Positions 10,363-18,868 of a stretch of 32,000 nt of DNA are shown here, piece after piece. The stretch is from Mycobacterium sp. 050272 (GTDB lineage: Bacteria; Actinomycetota; Actinomycetes; Mycobacteriales; Mycobacteriaceae), in NCBI RefSeq assembly GCF_039023525.1, contig NZ_JBCHKV010000008.1, positions 210,510 to 242,509 on the forward strand, written 5' to 3'. The notes under the pieces were generated by a model, which saw only the letters and a list, made by a program, of their open reading frames with translations, was not told the DNA's origin and searched no databases. The stretch's first letter is position 1, and each line of letters starts with the position of its first letter. A program made the translations under genes and the position numbers.

Positions 10363-10474
10363 TAGCCTAGCGGTCAAGTCGGACGGCACCGAGCAGGACA
10401 CGCCTCAGGACCCGCCAAAAGCTGTTAACTTAAGCCAACGTTCGCTCCACCGCCGCGGCGACGGGAGGGTTTAC

Positions 10475-11086
10475 GTGGGAACAGTGCTGGTGGTGCTGGC
10501 CGCGGTGTTGTTCATCGCGTCCATCGTCGTACTCGTCATCGCTGCGAAACGCCCCCGGGCAGCGCCTCAGCCGCGCGGGCGCCGCGATCCGCTGTCCTTC
10601 GACGCGATGCCACAATTCGGGCCCCGGCAACTGGGTCCCGGCGCCATCGTCAGCTACGGCGGTGTCGACTACGTGGTCCGCGGGTCGGTGACCTTCCGCG
10701 AGGGACCGTTCGTGTGGTGGGAGCACCTGCTGGAAGGCGGCGACCTGCCCACCTGGTTCGCGGTCGAGGAGGACGACGGACGCCTCACGCTCGTCATGTG
10801 GGTCACCCGCAAGGACGTCACGCTGCAGCCCGGCGATCAGTACCTGGTCGACGGGATCGCATTTCACGAGACGGAACGCGGTCGCGCCTCCTACACGACC
10901 GAGGGCACGACCGGCCTGCCCGCCGGCGGCGAGATGGAGTTCGTCGACTGCGCCAACGCCGACGAAACCGCGCTGCTGTCCTTCGAGCGCTGGGCACCCG
11001 GTACGCCCTGGGAGGTCTCGACGGGCAAGCCGGTGTCGCCGGGCGAGCTCACCGTCTACCCGGCGCCCACGCCGGGTTCCCCGTAG
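10475..11086 (+). CDS. single-pass membrane protein, DUF4178-like (Rv2597-like)
   Basis: GTG at 10475 lies 5 nt after GGGAGGG (10463-10469). An N-terminal TM helix 'VLVVLAAVLFIASIVVLVIAA' is followed by a beta-rich domain 'VSYGGVDYVVRGSVTFREGPFVWWEHLLEG'. The upstream part of ORF 10139..11086 overlaps ruvC and is rejected. Confidence 0.8.
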   Translation: MGTVLVVLAAVLFIASIVVLVIAAKRPRAAPQPRGRRDPLSFDAMPQFGPRQLGPGAIVSYGGVDYVVRGSVTFREGPFVWWEHLLEGGDLPTWFAVEEDDGRLTLVMWVTRKDVTLQPGDQYLVDGIAFHETERGRASYTTEGTTGLPAGGEMEFVDCANADETALLSFERWAPGTPWEVSTGKPVSPGELTVYPAPTPGSP

Positions 11087-11095
11087 GACCGCGCG

Positions 11096-11608
11096 GTGCC
11101 GCTCTATCAGCTCGCCGTAGCTCCGGCCGACGTGTCCGGGAGCAGGCTGCGCCTTGCCCTCAACGCGCCCGAACCCCCGCTGCTGGCCAGCCATTCGCTG
11201 CGGCATCCCGACGGCGGCGCGTTGCGGCTCGCGGTGCTCGGTGCCTCACATCTGGTCACGATCGAGCACGCCGCGACCACCTTCTCCGAGCAGGTGTCCT
11301 GCACCGCCGAGAGCGACACCGCCACCCTGCCCGAGCGTGCCGAAGCCTGTGGTTATGCGCTGGAATCGCGCACCACCACGCACGACGAAGCGATCTTTCG
11401 GCGATTGGCCCACCAGCTGCGCGACCGATGTCGAGCCGAAACCGCTTGGCTCGGTGGCACTTTCCCCGGCGATGACGCCGCACTGACCGTGTTGTCCGCC
11501 GAACCCGACGGCATCGGCTGGCGCTGGCAGACGTGGCATCTGTACCCGCAGCGACCCCTCGGGTCCGGCGGCGTGGTGGTCCACACGGCGAGCCGGTGGC
11601 ATCCGTGA
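11096..11608 (+). CDS. conserved hypothetical soluble protein (Rv2598-like; possibly DUF2617)
   Basis: 170-aa ORF with no TM segment. GTG at 11096 lies 9 nt after the upstream stop, and its own stop overlaps the next start (GTGA). The family assignment is from memory only. Confidence 0.65.
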   Translation: MPLYQLAVAPADVSGSRLRLALNAPEPPLLASHSLRHPDGGALRLAVLGASHLVTIEHAATTFSEQVSCTAESDTATLPERAEACGYALESRTTTHDEAIFRRLAHQLRDRCRAETAWLGGTFPGDDAALTVLSAEPDGIGWRWQTWHLYPQRPLGSGGVVVHTASRWHP

Positions 11609-12036
11609 GCCGCAAACAACTGTTCTGGCTTGCCGGCGGGCTGGCCGCGGCGTCGGTGGTGTCGTTGGTGATCGGAATCATCTTGCTGCAGAAGGACATT
11701 GCAGGTTATATCGCGAGCAACTACCGCGAGTACTCGCGCGACGCCAACGCAACGCGGTACCTGTGCAGCGGATCGCCCGATCAGGTCGCCGACGCGCTCG
11801 CCGATTACCAGGAACCCGAGGCGCGTGCGGACAACGACAACAACGAGTACCTGCGCTATAGCGACAACGTCGTGACCGTCGGCCCAGATGGCAACCACCC
11901 GTGCAGCATTCGCGTCGAAAGCCTCGGCGCCGGCTACAGCCACGGCTCCTACGTCTTCCTCGGCCCCGGGTTCAGTCCCGGGTCCCCGTCGAGCGGTTCC
12001 GGCGGCAGTCCCGGCGGACCGGGTGGAACCAAATAG
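11605..12036 (+). CDS. single-pass membrane protein, DUF4247-like (Rv2599-like)
   Basis: The GTG at 11605 overlaps the preceding TGA. It has the TM helix '[23 protein letters not shown]' and a Gly/Ser/Pro-rich C-terminal tail '[18 protein letters not shown]'. Confidence 0.7.
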   Translation: MSRKQLFWLAGGLAAASVVSLVIGIILLQKDIAGYIASNYREYSRDANATRYLCSGSPDQVADALADYQEPEARADNDNNEYLRYSDNVVTVGPDGNHPCSIRVESLGAGYSHGSYVFLGPGFSPGSPSSGSGGSPGGPGGTK

Positions 12037-12050
12037 CAAAGGAGACAACC

Positions 12051-12506
12051 GTGTACCTCGCCTTCGATATCGGGAACGTGGATCTTGACCCCGTCCTCAA
12101 AGGCGTCGTCGCGACGCTGTTGTACTTCGTCGTCGGCATGGCCGTCCTGATCGTGGGCTTCTACATGGTCGACGCGCTGACCCCGGGCAAGCTGCGCCAG
12201 ATGGTGTTCGTCGATCGCCGCCCCAACGCCGTCGTGGTCGCTTGCGCGATGTATGTCTCCCTCACCACCGTGATCGTCAGCTCCATCGTCAACAGCTACA
12301 GCCAGTTGGGTCAGGGACTGGTCGGTGTGGCGGTGTACGGCCTCATGGGTGTGATCCTGTTGGGAATCGCGCTGCTGACCCTGCATTTGGTGATCCCGGG
12401 CAGTTTCCACGAACACATCGACGAGCCCGAGCTGCATCCCGGGTCGTTCGCGGTCGCGCTGATGCTGTTGGCCGTCGGGGCAGTGACAGCCGCCGCGGTG
12501 TCATGA
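12051..12506 (+). CDS. polytopic membrane protein, DUF350 (YjfL-like; Rv2600-like)
   Basis: GTG at 12051 lies 6 nt after AAAGGAG (12038-12044). It encodes 151 aa with about four hydrophobic helices ('[22 protein letters not shown]', '[21 protein letters not shown]', '[22 protein letters not shown]', '[18 protein letters not shown]'). Confidence 0.8.
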   Translation: MYLAFDIGNVDLDPVLKGVVATLLYFVVGMAVLIVGFYMVDALTPGKLRQMVFVDRRPNAVVVACAMYVSLTTVIVSSIVNSYSQLGQGLVGVAVYGLMGVILLGIALLTLHLVIPGSFHEHIDEPELHPGSFAVALMLLAVGAVTAAAVS

Positions 12507-14104
12507 CCATCACGCAGGAAACCGCGCGCTCCGCGGAGCCGTCGATACGCTGGCGGGCCCTGCTGCTCGCCGCCGTCGCCGCCTGTGCGGCCTGCGGCAT
12601 CATCTACGAACTGGCCCTGCTGACACTGTCGGCCAGCCTGAACGGCGGCGGCATCGTCGCCACCTCATTGATCGTCGCGGGCTACATCGCCGCCCTCGGC
12701 GTGGGTGCGCTGACCATCAAGCCGCTGCTGAGGCACGCGGGCATCGTCTTCGTCGCCGTCGAGGCGGCCCTGGGCATCATCGGCGGCCTGTCCGCCGCGG
12801 CGCTGTATGCGGTGTTCGCGTTCCTGGACGGCACCATCGGATCGACGTGGGTGCTGGCGCTGGGCACCGCGCTGATCGGCGGGTTGGTCGGCGCCGAGGT
12901 GCCGTTGCTGATGACGCTGCTGCAGCAGGGCCGCGGTGGCCCCGCCAAGAGCACAGCGACGGATACCGGCCGCACGCTGGCCAACCTCAACGCGGCCGAC
13001 TATCTGGGAGCTTTGGTCGGCGGATTGGTCTGGCCGTTTGCCTTGCTGCCGCATCTGGGAATGATCCGCGGCGCTGCGGCCACCGGCGTGATCAACCTGG
13101 TCGCGGCGGCCATCGTGGCGATGTTCCTGCTGCGCCGGGTGATCTCCACCGCGCAGTTGGTGACGGCACTGTGTGCCCTCGCCGCGGCCCTCGGGCTGCT
13201 GGTCGTGCTGCTGGTACACGCGCACGACATCGAAACGACCAGCCGTCAACGGCTTTACGCCGACCCGATTATCGCCTACCGGCACACCGCCTACCAGGAG
13301 ATCGTGGTCACCCGTCGCGACAACGACACCCGGCTGTATCTGGACGGTGGATTGCAGTTCTCCACCCGCGACGAATACCGGTACACCGAAAGCCTCGTCT
13401 ATCCCGCACTCGGCAAGGGTGCCCGCTCGGTGCTGGTCCTGGGCGGTGGCGATGGCCTGGCAGCACGAGAATTGTTGCGCCAGAACGGAATAGACAAGAT
13501 CGTGCAGGTGGAGCTCGACCCCGCGGTGATCGAGATCGCCCGCACCACCCTGCACGACGCCAATGCCGGCGCGCTGGACAACCCGCGAGTTACCGTGGTG
13601 ATCGACGACGCGATGCGCTGGCTTCGGGCTCCCCATCCGGAACTAAGCCCGCCCGCCGGTTTCGACGCCGTCATCGTCGACCTGCCCGACCCGGACACCC
13701 CCGTGCTGGGCCGACTCTATTCGAGCGAGTTCTATGCCCTTGTCGCGCATGCGCTTTCACCCAATGGCCTCGTTGTGGTCCAGGCGGGCAGTCCGTTCTC
13801 CACGCCGACCGCGTTCTGGCGCACCGTGTCGACGATGCGTGCGGCGGGGTACGCCGTCACGCCCTACCACGTGCATGTGCCGACGTTCGGCGACTGGGGC
13901 TTCGCGTTGGCCGGCCCCGCGCAGGCCGGTGCGGCCGCACCGGTACCCACCATGCCCGCCGACGCACCGCCGCTGCGCTACCTCAACCCGCAAGTGCTGC
14001 AAGCCGCGACGGTGTTCTCCGCCGACATCGCGCCGCGTCCGCTGGAACCGTCGACGCTGGACAACCCGCGCATCGTCGAAGACATGCGGCACGGATACGA
14101 CTAA
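12503..14104 (+). CDS. speE: membrane-anchored spermidine/spermine synthase-like aminopropyltransferase
   Basis: The ATG at 12503 overlaps the preceding TGA (ATGA). The N-terminal ~210 aa carry about seven TM helices. The C-terminal half has the spermidine synthase signature '[14 protein letters not shown]' plus 'VELDPAV', 'IDDA' and 'VDLPDPDTP'. At 533 aa it is comparable to M. tuberculosis SpeE (Rv2601). Confidence 0.9.
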   Translation: MTITQETARSAEPSIRWRALLLAAVAACAACGIIYELALLTLSASLNGGGIVATSLIVAGYIAALGVGALTIKPLLRHAGIVFVAVEAALGIIGGLSAAALYAVFAFLDGTIGSTWVLALGTALIGGLVGAEVPLLMTLLQQGRGGPAKSTATDTGRTLANLNAADYLGALVGGLVWPFALLPHLGMIRGAAATGVINLVAAAIVAMFLLRRVISTAQLVTALCALAAALGLLVVLLVHAHDIETTSRQRLYADPIIAYRHTAYQEIVVTRRDNDTRLYLDGGLQFSTRDEYRYTESLVYPALGKGARSVLVLGGGDGLAARELLRQNGIDKIVQVELDPAVIEIARTTLHDANAGALDNPRVTVVIDDAMRWLRAPHPELSPPAGFDAVIVDLPDPDTPVLGRLYSSEFYALVAHALSPNGLVVVQAGSPFSTPTAFWRTVSTMRAAGYAVTPYHVHVPTFGDWGFALAGPAQAGAAAPVPTMPADAPPLRYLNPQVLQAATVFSADIAPRPLEPSTLDNPRIVEDMRHGYD

Positions 14105-14860
14105 TCAGTCCTCGTCGAGGGCAGCCATTACCTCGTCGGAAAGATCGACGTTGGTCCAGACGTTCTGCACGTCGTCGCTGTCCTCCAGGGCGTCGACCAA
14201 CTTGAACACCTTGCGGGCCCCGTCGACGTCGACCGGCACACTGACCGACGGCTGGAAGCTGGCCTCGGCCGAGTCGTAGTCGATGCCCGCGTCCTGCAGT
14301 GCGGTGCGCACCGCGACCAGGTCGGTCGGCTCGGAGATGACCTCGAAGCTCTCGCCCAGATCGTTGACGTCCTCGGCACCCGCCTCCAGCACGGCCGTCA
14401 GCACGTCGTCCTCGGACAGGCCGTTCTTCTCCAGCGTGACGACGCCCTTGCGGGTGAACAGGTAGGACACCGAGCCCGGGTCGGCCATGGTGCCGCCGTT
14501 GCGGGTCACCGCCACCCGGACCTCGCCGGCCGCGCGGTTGCGGTTGTCGGTGAGGCATTCGATCAGCACGGCCACGCCGTTGGGGCCGTAGCCCTCGTAC
14601 ATGATCGTCTGGTAATCGGCGCCACCGGCTTCCTCGCCGGCGCCCCGCTTGCGGGCCCGCTCGATGTTGTCGTTGGGCACCGACGTCTTCTTCGCCTTCT
14701 GGATGGCGTCATAGAGGGTCGGGTTGCCGGCCGGGTCACCGCCGCCGGTACGGGCGGCGACCTCGATGTTCTTGATCAGCCGGGCGAACTCCTTGCCACG
14801 GCGCGCGTCTTTGACGGCCTTCTGGTGCTTGGTGGTGGCCCACTTGGAATGGCCGCTCAT
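14105..14860 (-). CDS. yebC: YebC/PmpR-family DNA-binding regulatory protein (Rv2603c-like)
   Basis: 251 aa starting '[37 protein letters not shown]', the invariant YebC/TACO1 N-terminus. Confidence 0.95.
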   Translation of the reverse strand: MSGHSKWATTKHQKAVKDARRGKEFARLIKNIEVAARTGGGDPAGNPTLYDAIQKAKKTSVPNDNIERARKRGAGEEAGGADYQTIMYEGYGPNGVAVLIECLTDNRNRAAGEVRVAVTRNGGTMADPGSVSYLFTRKGVVTLEKNGLSEDDVLTAVLEAGAEDVNDLGESFEVISEPTDLVAVRTALQDAGIDYDSAEASFQPSVSVPVDVDGARKVFKLVDALEDSDDVQNVWTNVDLSDEVMAALDED

Positions 14861-15199
14861 CGGTGTCTGCTACCTCTTCTGTTACGTAAAGTTCGCCGAC
14901 AAGTCTACGTGGACGGCCGGGACGGACTACCCGGCCTCTCCCCGTGATTGAGTGTGAACGGACGCCGACCTGTATTCACACTGAGCGCTCTCGATGCACA
15001 CTCGAGCAGACCATGCCGGTTTCGCCGCGCGCGATTCGGGCGAACCTAATCGGGTGAATCAGCCGCAAGAGCCCAAGGATGCCAGGCAGACGACCGCAGA
15101 GCAGCGTCAGCAGCAAGAACAACTCGAGCACACCGACGTCGACCCGGACGCACCGGGTTTGCAGCAGTCCGACCGCAACGTGGCGGACGAAAGCACGCG

Positions 15200-15796
15200 C
15201 TAGCTGGCGCCGCGCACGATATCGACGAACAGCTGGTGGATGCGCCGGTCCCCGGTCATCTCCGGATGAAAGGCCGTCGCCAGCTTCCGCCCCTGCCGGA
15301 CCGCGACGACGTGTCCGGCGGCCTTGGCCAGCACCTGCACGCCGTCACCGACTCGCTCGACCCACGGCGCCCGGATGAACACCGCCCGCACCGGGCCGTC
15401 CAAACCCGCGAACTCGACATCGCCCTCGAATGAATCGACCTGACGTCCGAACGCGTTGCGCCGCACCGTCATATCAATCGCGCGCAGCGGCAGCGCCTGG
15501 CGCCCGTTGACACCGGCATCGAGGATCTCGCTGGCCAGCATGATCATGCCGGCGCACGCGCCGTAGGCCGCAAGCCCGTCGGCCAGCCGCGCCCGCAACG
15601 GCTCGAGCAGGTCAAGGTCTGCCAGCAGGTGGCTGATCGTGGTGGATTCACCGCCCGGGATGACCAGCCCGTCGATCGACTCGATCTCGTCACGCCGGCG
15701 CACCGGAAGCGAGTCGGCCCCGGCATCGCGCAGCGCCGCCAGATGCTCCCGAGTGTCGCCCTGCAGCGCCAAAACACCGATCTTCGGGCGGCTCAC
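15200..15796 (-). CDS. pdxT: pyridoxal 5'-phosphate synthase glutaminase subunit PdxT
   Basis: ORF trimmed to the GTG at 15796 ('[19 protein letters not shown]'), which overlaps the tesB2 TGA (GTGA). It has the catalytic 'GACAGMIML' Cys and 'FHPE' His/Glu. The length is 198 aa, as in M. tuberculosis PdxT. Confidence 0.93.
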   Translation of the reverse strand: MSRPKIGVLALQGDTREHLAALRDAGADSLPVRRRDEIESIDGLVIPGGESTTISHLLADLDLLEPLRARLADGLAAYGACAGMIMLASEILDAGVNGRQALPLRAIDMTVRRNAFGRQVDSFEGDVEFAGLDGPVRAVFIRAPWVERVGDGVQVLAKAAGHVVAVRQGRKLATAFHPEMTGDRRIHQLFVDIVRGAS

Positions 15797-16632
15797 GACT
15801 GGTGTCCCCGCTTGAAGCGGGTCAGCCCCTCCTGCATGACCGCCGCGACCATATCGCCGGACTGGGTGAAGATCTTGCCCTGGCACAGCGAGCGACCACC
15901 GCTGGCCGACGGCGAGGACTGGTCGTAGAGCAGCCACTCGTCGGCGCGGAACGGCCGCATGAACCACATCGCGTGGTCCAGCGATGCCACCTGCAGATGC
16001 TCGCGCACGTCGAGGTGGGTGACCTGGGCCGAACCCAGCAACGTGAGGTCGCTCATGTAGGCCAGGGCGCAGATGTGCAGCACCGGGTCGTCCGGCAGCG
16101 GATCACGGTGACGAAACCACACCTGCTGCTGAGATGCTTTGCCGGGCAACAGCTTCAACTGCTCGCGCGGCACGATGCAGACGTCCCACTCCTCGAATTG
16201 TTTGAATCCGGCGTCGTCGAAGATGCTGCCCCGCGAGATGAAGTCGGGCAGGCCGTCCGGTGGCGGCGCGGACGGCATCGCGTCCTGGTGGTGGATGCCT
16301 TCCTGATCGGTCTGGAAGGACGCTCCCATGCTGAAGATGATTTCCCCGTGCTGGATCGCGTTGACCCGCCGGGTGGCGAACGAACCGCCGTCGCGGGTGC
16401 GCTCAACGATGAAAACGGTGGGCGCTAACGCATCTCCGGGCCGCAGGAAGTAGCCGTGCAGGGAGTGCACCTGGTAGCGCGGCTCGACGGTGCGTACCGC
16501 CGAAACCAGCGACTGGCCGGCGACGTGTCCGCCGAAGGTGCGCTGCAGGAATCCGGACTCCGGGCTGAAGACGCTGCCGCGGTAGATGTTGACCTCGAGT
16601 TGCTCGAGATCGAGGATCTGTTCGATCGCCAC
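15793..16632 (-). CDS. tesB2: acyl-CoA thioesterase II (double hotdog)
   Basis: 279 aa beginning '[14 protein letters not shown]...[13 protein letters not shown]', with '[12 protein letters not shown]' and a second hotdog half containing '[20 protein letters not shown]'. Confidence 0.92.
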   Translation of the reverse strand: MAIEQILDLEQLEVNIYRGSVFSPESGFLQRTFGGHVAGQSLVSAVRTVEPRYQVHSLHGYFLRPGDALAPTVFIVERTRDGGSFATRRVNAIQHGEIIFSMGASFQTDQEGIHHQDAMPSAPPPDGLPDFISRGSIFDDAGFKQFEEWDVCIVPREQLKLLPGKASQQQVWFRHRDPLPDDPVLHICALAYMSDLTLLGSAQVTHLDVREHLQVASLDHAMWFMRPFRADEWLLYDQSSPSASGGRSLCQGKIFTQSGDMVAAVMQEGLTRFKRGHQS

Positions 16633-16641
16633 GGACGATTA

Positions 16642-17577
16642 TTACCAGCCGCGCTCGGCCAGGCGATGCGGCGCTGCGATCTGCTCGACGTTGATGCCCA
16701 CCATCGCCTCGCCCAGACCGCGAGAAACCTTGGCCAGCACGTCGGGATCGTCGAAGAATGTGGTGGCCTTGACGATCGCGGCGGCGCGCTGCGCAGGATC
16801 GCCGGACTTGAAGATGCCCGAGCCGACGAACACGCCCTCGGCGCCGAGTTGCATCATCATCGCCGCGTCGGCCGGAGTCGCGATGCCGCCGGCGGTGAAT
16901 AATGTGACCGGCAGCTTGCGGGCCCGCGCCACCTCGACGACGAGATCGTAAGGCGCCTGCAATTCCTTTGCGGCAACGAACAATTCGTCCTCAGACAAGG
17001 ACGTCAGGCGGCGGATCTCGCCACCGATGGCGCGCATGTGCGTGGTCGCGTTGGACACGTCACCGGTGCCGGCCTCACCCTTGGACCGGATCATGGCCGC
17101 ACCCTCGCTGATGCGTCGCAACGCCTCACCCAGATTGGTCGCCCCGCACACGAAGGGCACGGTGAACTTCCACTTGTCGATGTGGTGGGTGTAGTCGGCG
17201 GGGGTGAGCACCTCGGATTCGTCGACGTAGTCCACGCCGAGACTCTGCAGAATCTGCGCCTCGACGAAATGCCCGATGCGCGCCTTGGCCATCACCGGGA
17301 TCGTGACCGCGGAGATGATGCCCTCGATCATGTCGGGGTCGCTCATCCGTGACACGCCGCCCTGGGCGCGGATGTCGGCGGGCACTCGCTCCAGCGCCAT
17401 CACCGCGACGGCGCCGGCGCCCTCCGCGATTCGGGCCTGCTCGGGGGTGACGACGTCCATGATGACGCCGCCCTTGAGCATCTCGGCCATCCCGCGCTTG
17501 ACGCGCGCCGTTCCGGTCTGGTTGGCCTGGCTCGACTGTGCGCCGCTGTCCACTAGCCCCTTCTCTCCTCGAACCAT
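16642..17577 (-). CDS. pdxS: pyridoxal 5'-phosphate synthase lyase subunit PdxS
   Basis: Contains '[45 protein letters not shown]' and '[10 protein letters not shown]'. The start is uncertain. The ATG at 17577 gives 311 aa. The in-frame GTG at 17553 gives 303 aa and has a much stronger upstream GAGGAGAGAAGGGG. Confidence 0.93.
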   Translation of the reverse strand: MVRGEKGLVDSGAQSSQANQTGTARVKRGMAEMLKGGVIMDVVTPEQARIAEGAGAVAVMALERVPADIRAQGGVSRMSDPDMIEGIISAVTIPVMAKARIGHFVEAQILQSLGVDYVDESEVLTPADYTHHIDKWKFTVPFVCGATNLGEALRRISEGAAMIRSKGEAGTGDVSNATTHMRAIGGEIRRLTSLSEDELFVAAKELQAPYDLVVEVARARKLPVTLFTAGGIATPADAAMMMQLGAEGVFVGSGIFKSGDPAQRAAAIVKATTFFDDPDVLAKVSRGLGEAMVGINVEQIAAPHRLAERGW

Positions 17578-17788
17578 CGCGCTTCCACTCTAGTGGTGAG
17601 CGACAACCGAGTTTTCCCGCCGCTTCCGGGGCATCTTCGACATCTGCGCAGCAGGTAGGTGCGATGTACGTCACATTGTGCTTAGTATGGCGGCACAATT
17701 TTGCGCAGGCCGTAACAGCTGGTCGGAATCAAAGGGTGACATCCCTGGTCACACCGGCCGTCGCGGTTGGCCGAGAAGAGGTTCGGAG

Positions 17789-18856
17789 ATGTTGCCGGAT
17801 TTCGTGCTGTTGCCGCCGGAGATTAATTCCGCGCGCATCTATGCCGGACCGCGCTCGGGGACCATCTGGGCAGCGGCGACCGCCTGGGACGCGTTGGCCG
17901 CTCAGCTGGCATCGGCGGCCAGCTCCTTCCAGACCACGGTGACGACGCTGACCGGCGGGCCGTGGCAGGGTCCGGCGGCGATGTTGATGGCCACGGCGGC
18001 CGCCCCCTATGTGCAGTGGCTGACCGGCACGTCGGCCAAGGCGGAGCTGCTGGCCGTCCAGTCCCGGCTGTTCGCGGGTGCGTTCGAAACCGCGTTCACC
18101 GCCACCGTGCCCCCCGCGGTCGTCGCGGCGAACCGTGCCCTATTGATGACGCTGATCGCGACCAACATCCTGGGTCAGAACACCGCGGCGATCGCGGCGA
18201 CCGAGGCCGAGTACACCGAATTCTGGGCCCAGGACGTCGCGGCCATGACGGGCTACGACGCCGCCACCACGGCCGCCCAGGCCGGCTGGACGCCGTTCGC
18301 CAACCCCCCGCTGACGCTGACCAGCGTGCCCATGCCGACCTTCACCTCACCCGCAGAGCAGCTGATCAATTCCGTGATCAACTCGCTGGCCCAGCAACTG
18401 ATGAACCCGATGTCGCAGCTACAGATGCTCTCGACGCCGGCCCAGTTCGCGATGGAACCCATGCAAATGGCGATGAGCCAGCTGATGTCCGGCGCCAATC
18501 CGCTGATGAGCGCCGCCGCCAGCGTCCCCGCGCTGGATCCGGTACTGGCATCGGCAGCCAGTCCGGCGGTGGGCGGAACGGGTGCGGTGCAGCTGTCCAG
18601 CGTGGTCTCCGCGAGCGTGGGCCGGGCCGCCACGGTTGGGCCGTTGTCGGTGCCGGCAACCTGGGCCAACGCCACGCCGGCGGCTCCGCACCTCCCCGCG
18701 GCGACCGGGGTGGCCACTGCCCCGGTGACCCCCATCTCGGCGAGCGTCGGCGCCTCGTCGTCGCTGCCCTCGATGAACGTGCCCGGGCGATTGATGGGCG
18801 CCGTCACTCCGGCGGTCGCCGCATCCCGCAAGGCGCCCCGCCCGGTGCTGGACTAG
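17789..18856 (+). CDS. PPE family protein, SVP subgroup
   Basis: ORF trimmed to the ATG at 17789 ('MLPDFVLLPPEINSARIYAGPRSG', with PPE at residues 9-11). It has the conserved ~180-aa PPE domain and a C-terminal 'GPLSVPATWANA', which is the GxxSVPxxW motif. Confidence 0.92.
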   Translation: MLPDFVLLPPEINSARIYAGPRSGTIWAAATAWDALAAQLASAASSFQTTVTTLTGGPWQGPAAMLMATAAAPYVQWLTGTSAKAELLAVQSRLFAGAFETAFTATVPPAVVAANRALLMTLIATNILGQNTAAIAATEAEYTEFWAQDVAAMTGYDAATTAAQAGWTPFANPPLTLTSVPMPTFTSPAEQLINSVINSLAQQLMNPMSQLQMLSTPAQFAMEPMQMAMSQLMSGANPLMSAAASVPALDPVLASAASPAVGGTGAVQLSSVVSASVGRAATVGPLSVPATWANATPAAPHLPAATGVATAPVTPISASVGASSSLPSMNVPGRLMGAVTPAVAASRKAPRPVLD

Positions 18857-18868
18857 CAGAGGCGCCCG

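Noticed and set aside
12847-14205. 452-aa plus-strand ORF in an alternative frame of speE, and the 323-aa antisense ORF at 12665-13636
   Set aside because: The speE frame carries the aminopropyltransferase signature and TM helices. The alternatives translate to Arg/Pro/Gly-rich sequence.
14951-14982. Possible CRP binding site (TGTGA...TCACA)
   Set aside because: The half-sites are perfect but separated by 18 nt instead of the canonical 6 nt, so it is not a standard CRP/FNR site. It is reported only as an inverted repeat of unknown function.
14994-15203. 69-aa Gln/Glu-rich plus-strand ORF in the yebC-pdxT gap
   Set aside because: It has no RBS and a third-position GC of about 71% by my count, which I judge low for this genome without having counted the flanking genes. 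Its hydrophilic low-complexity composition is unconvincing, and it overlaps the pdxT stop on the opposite strand. It is kept only as a note inside the intergenic-island finding.
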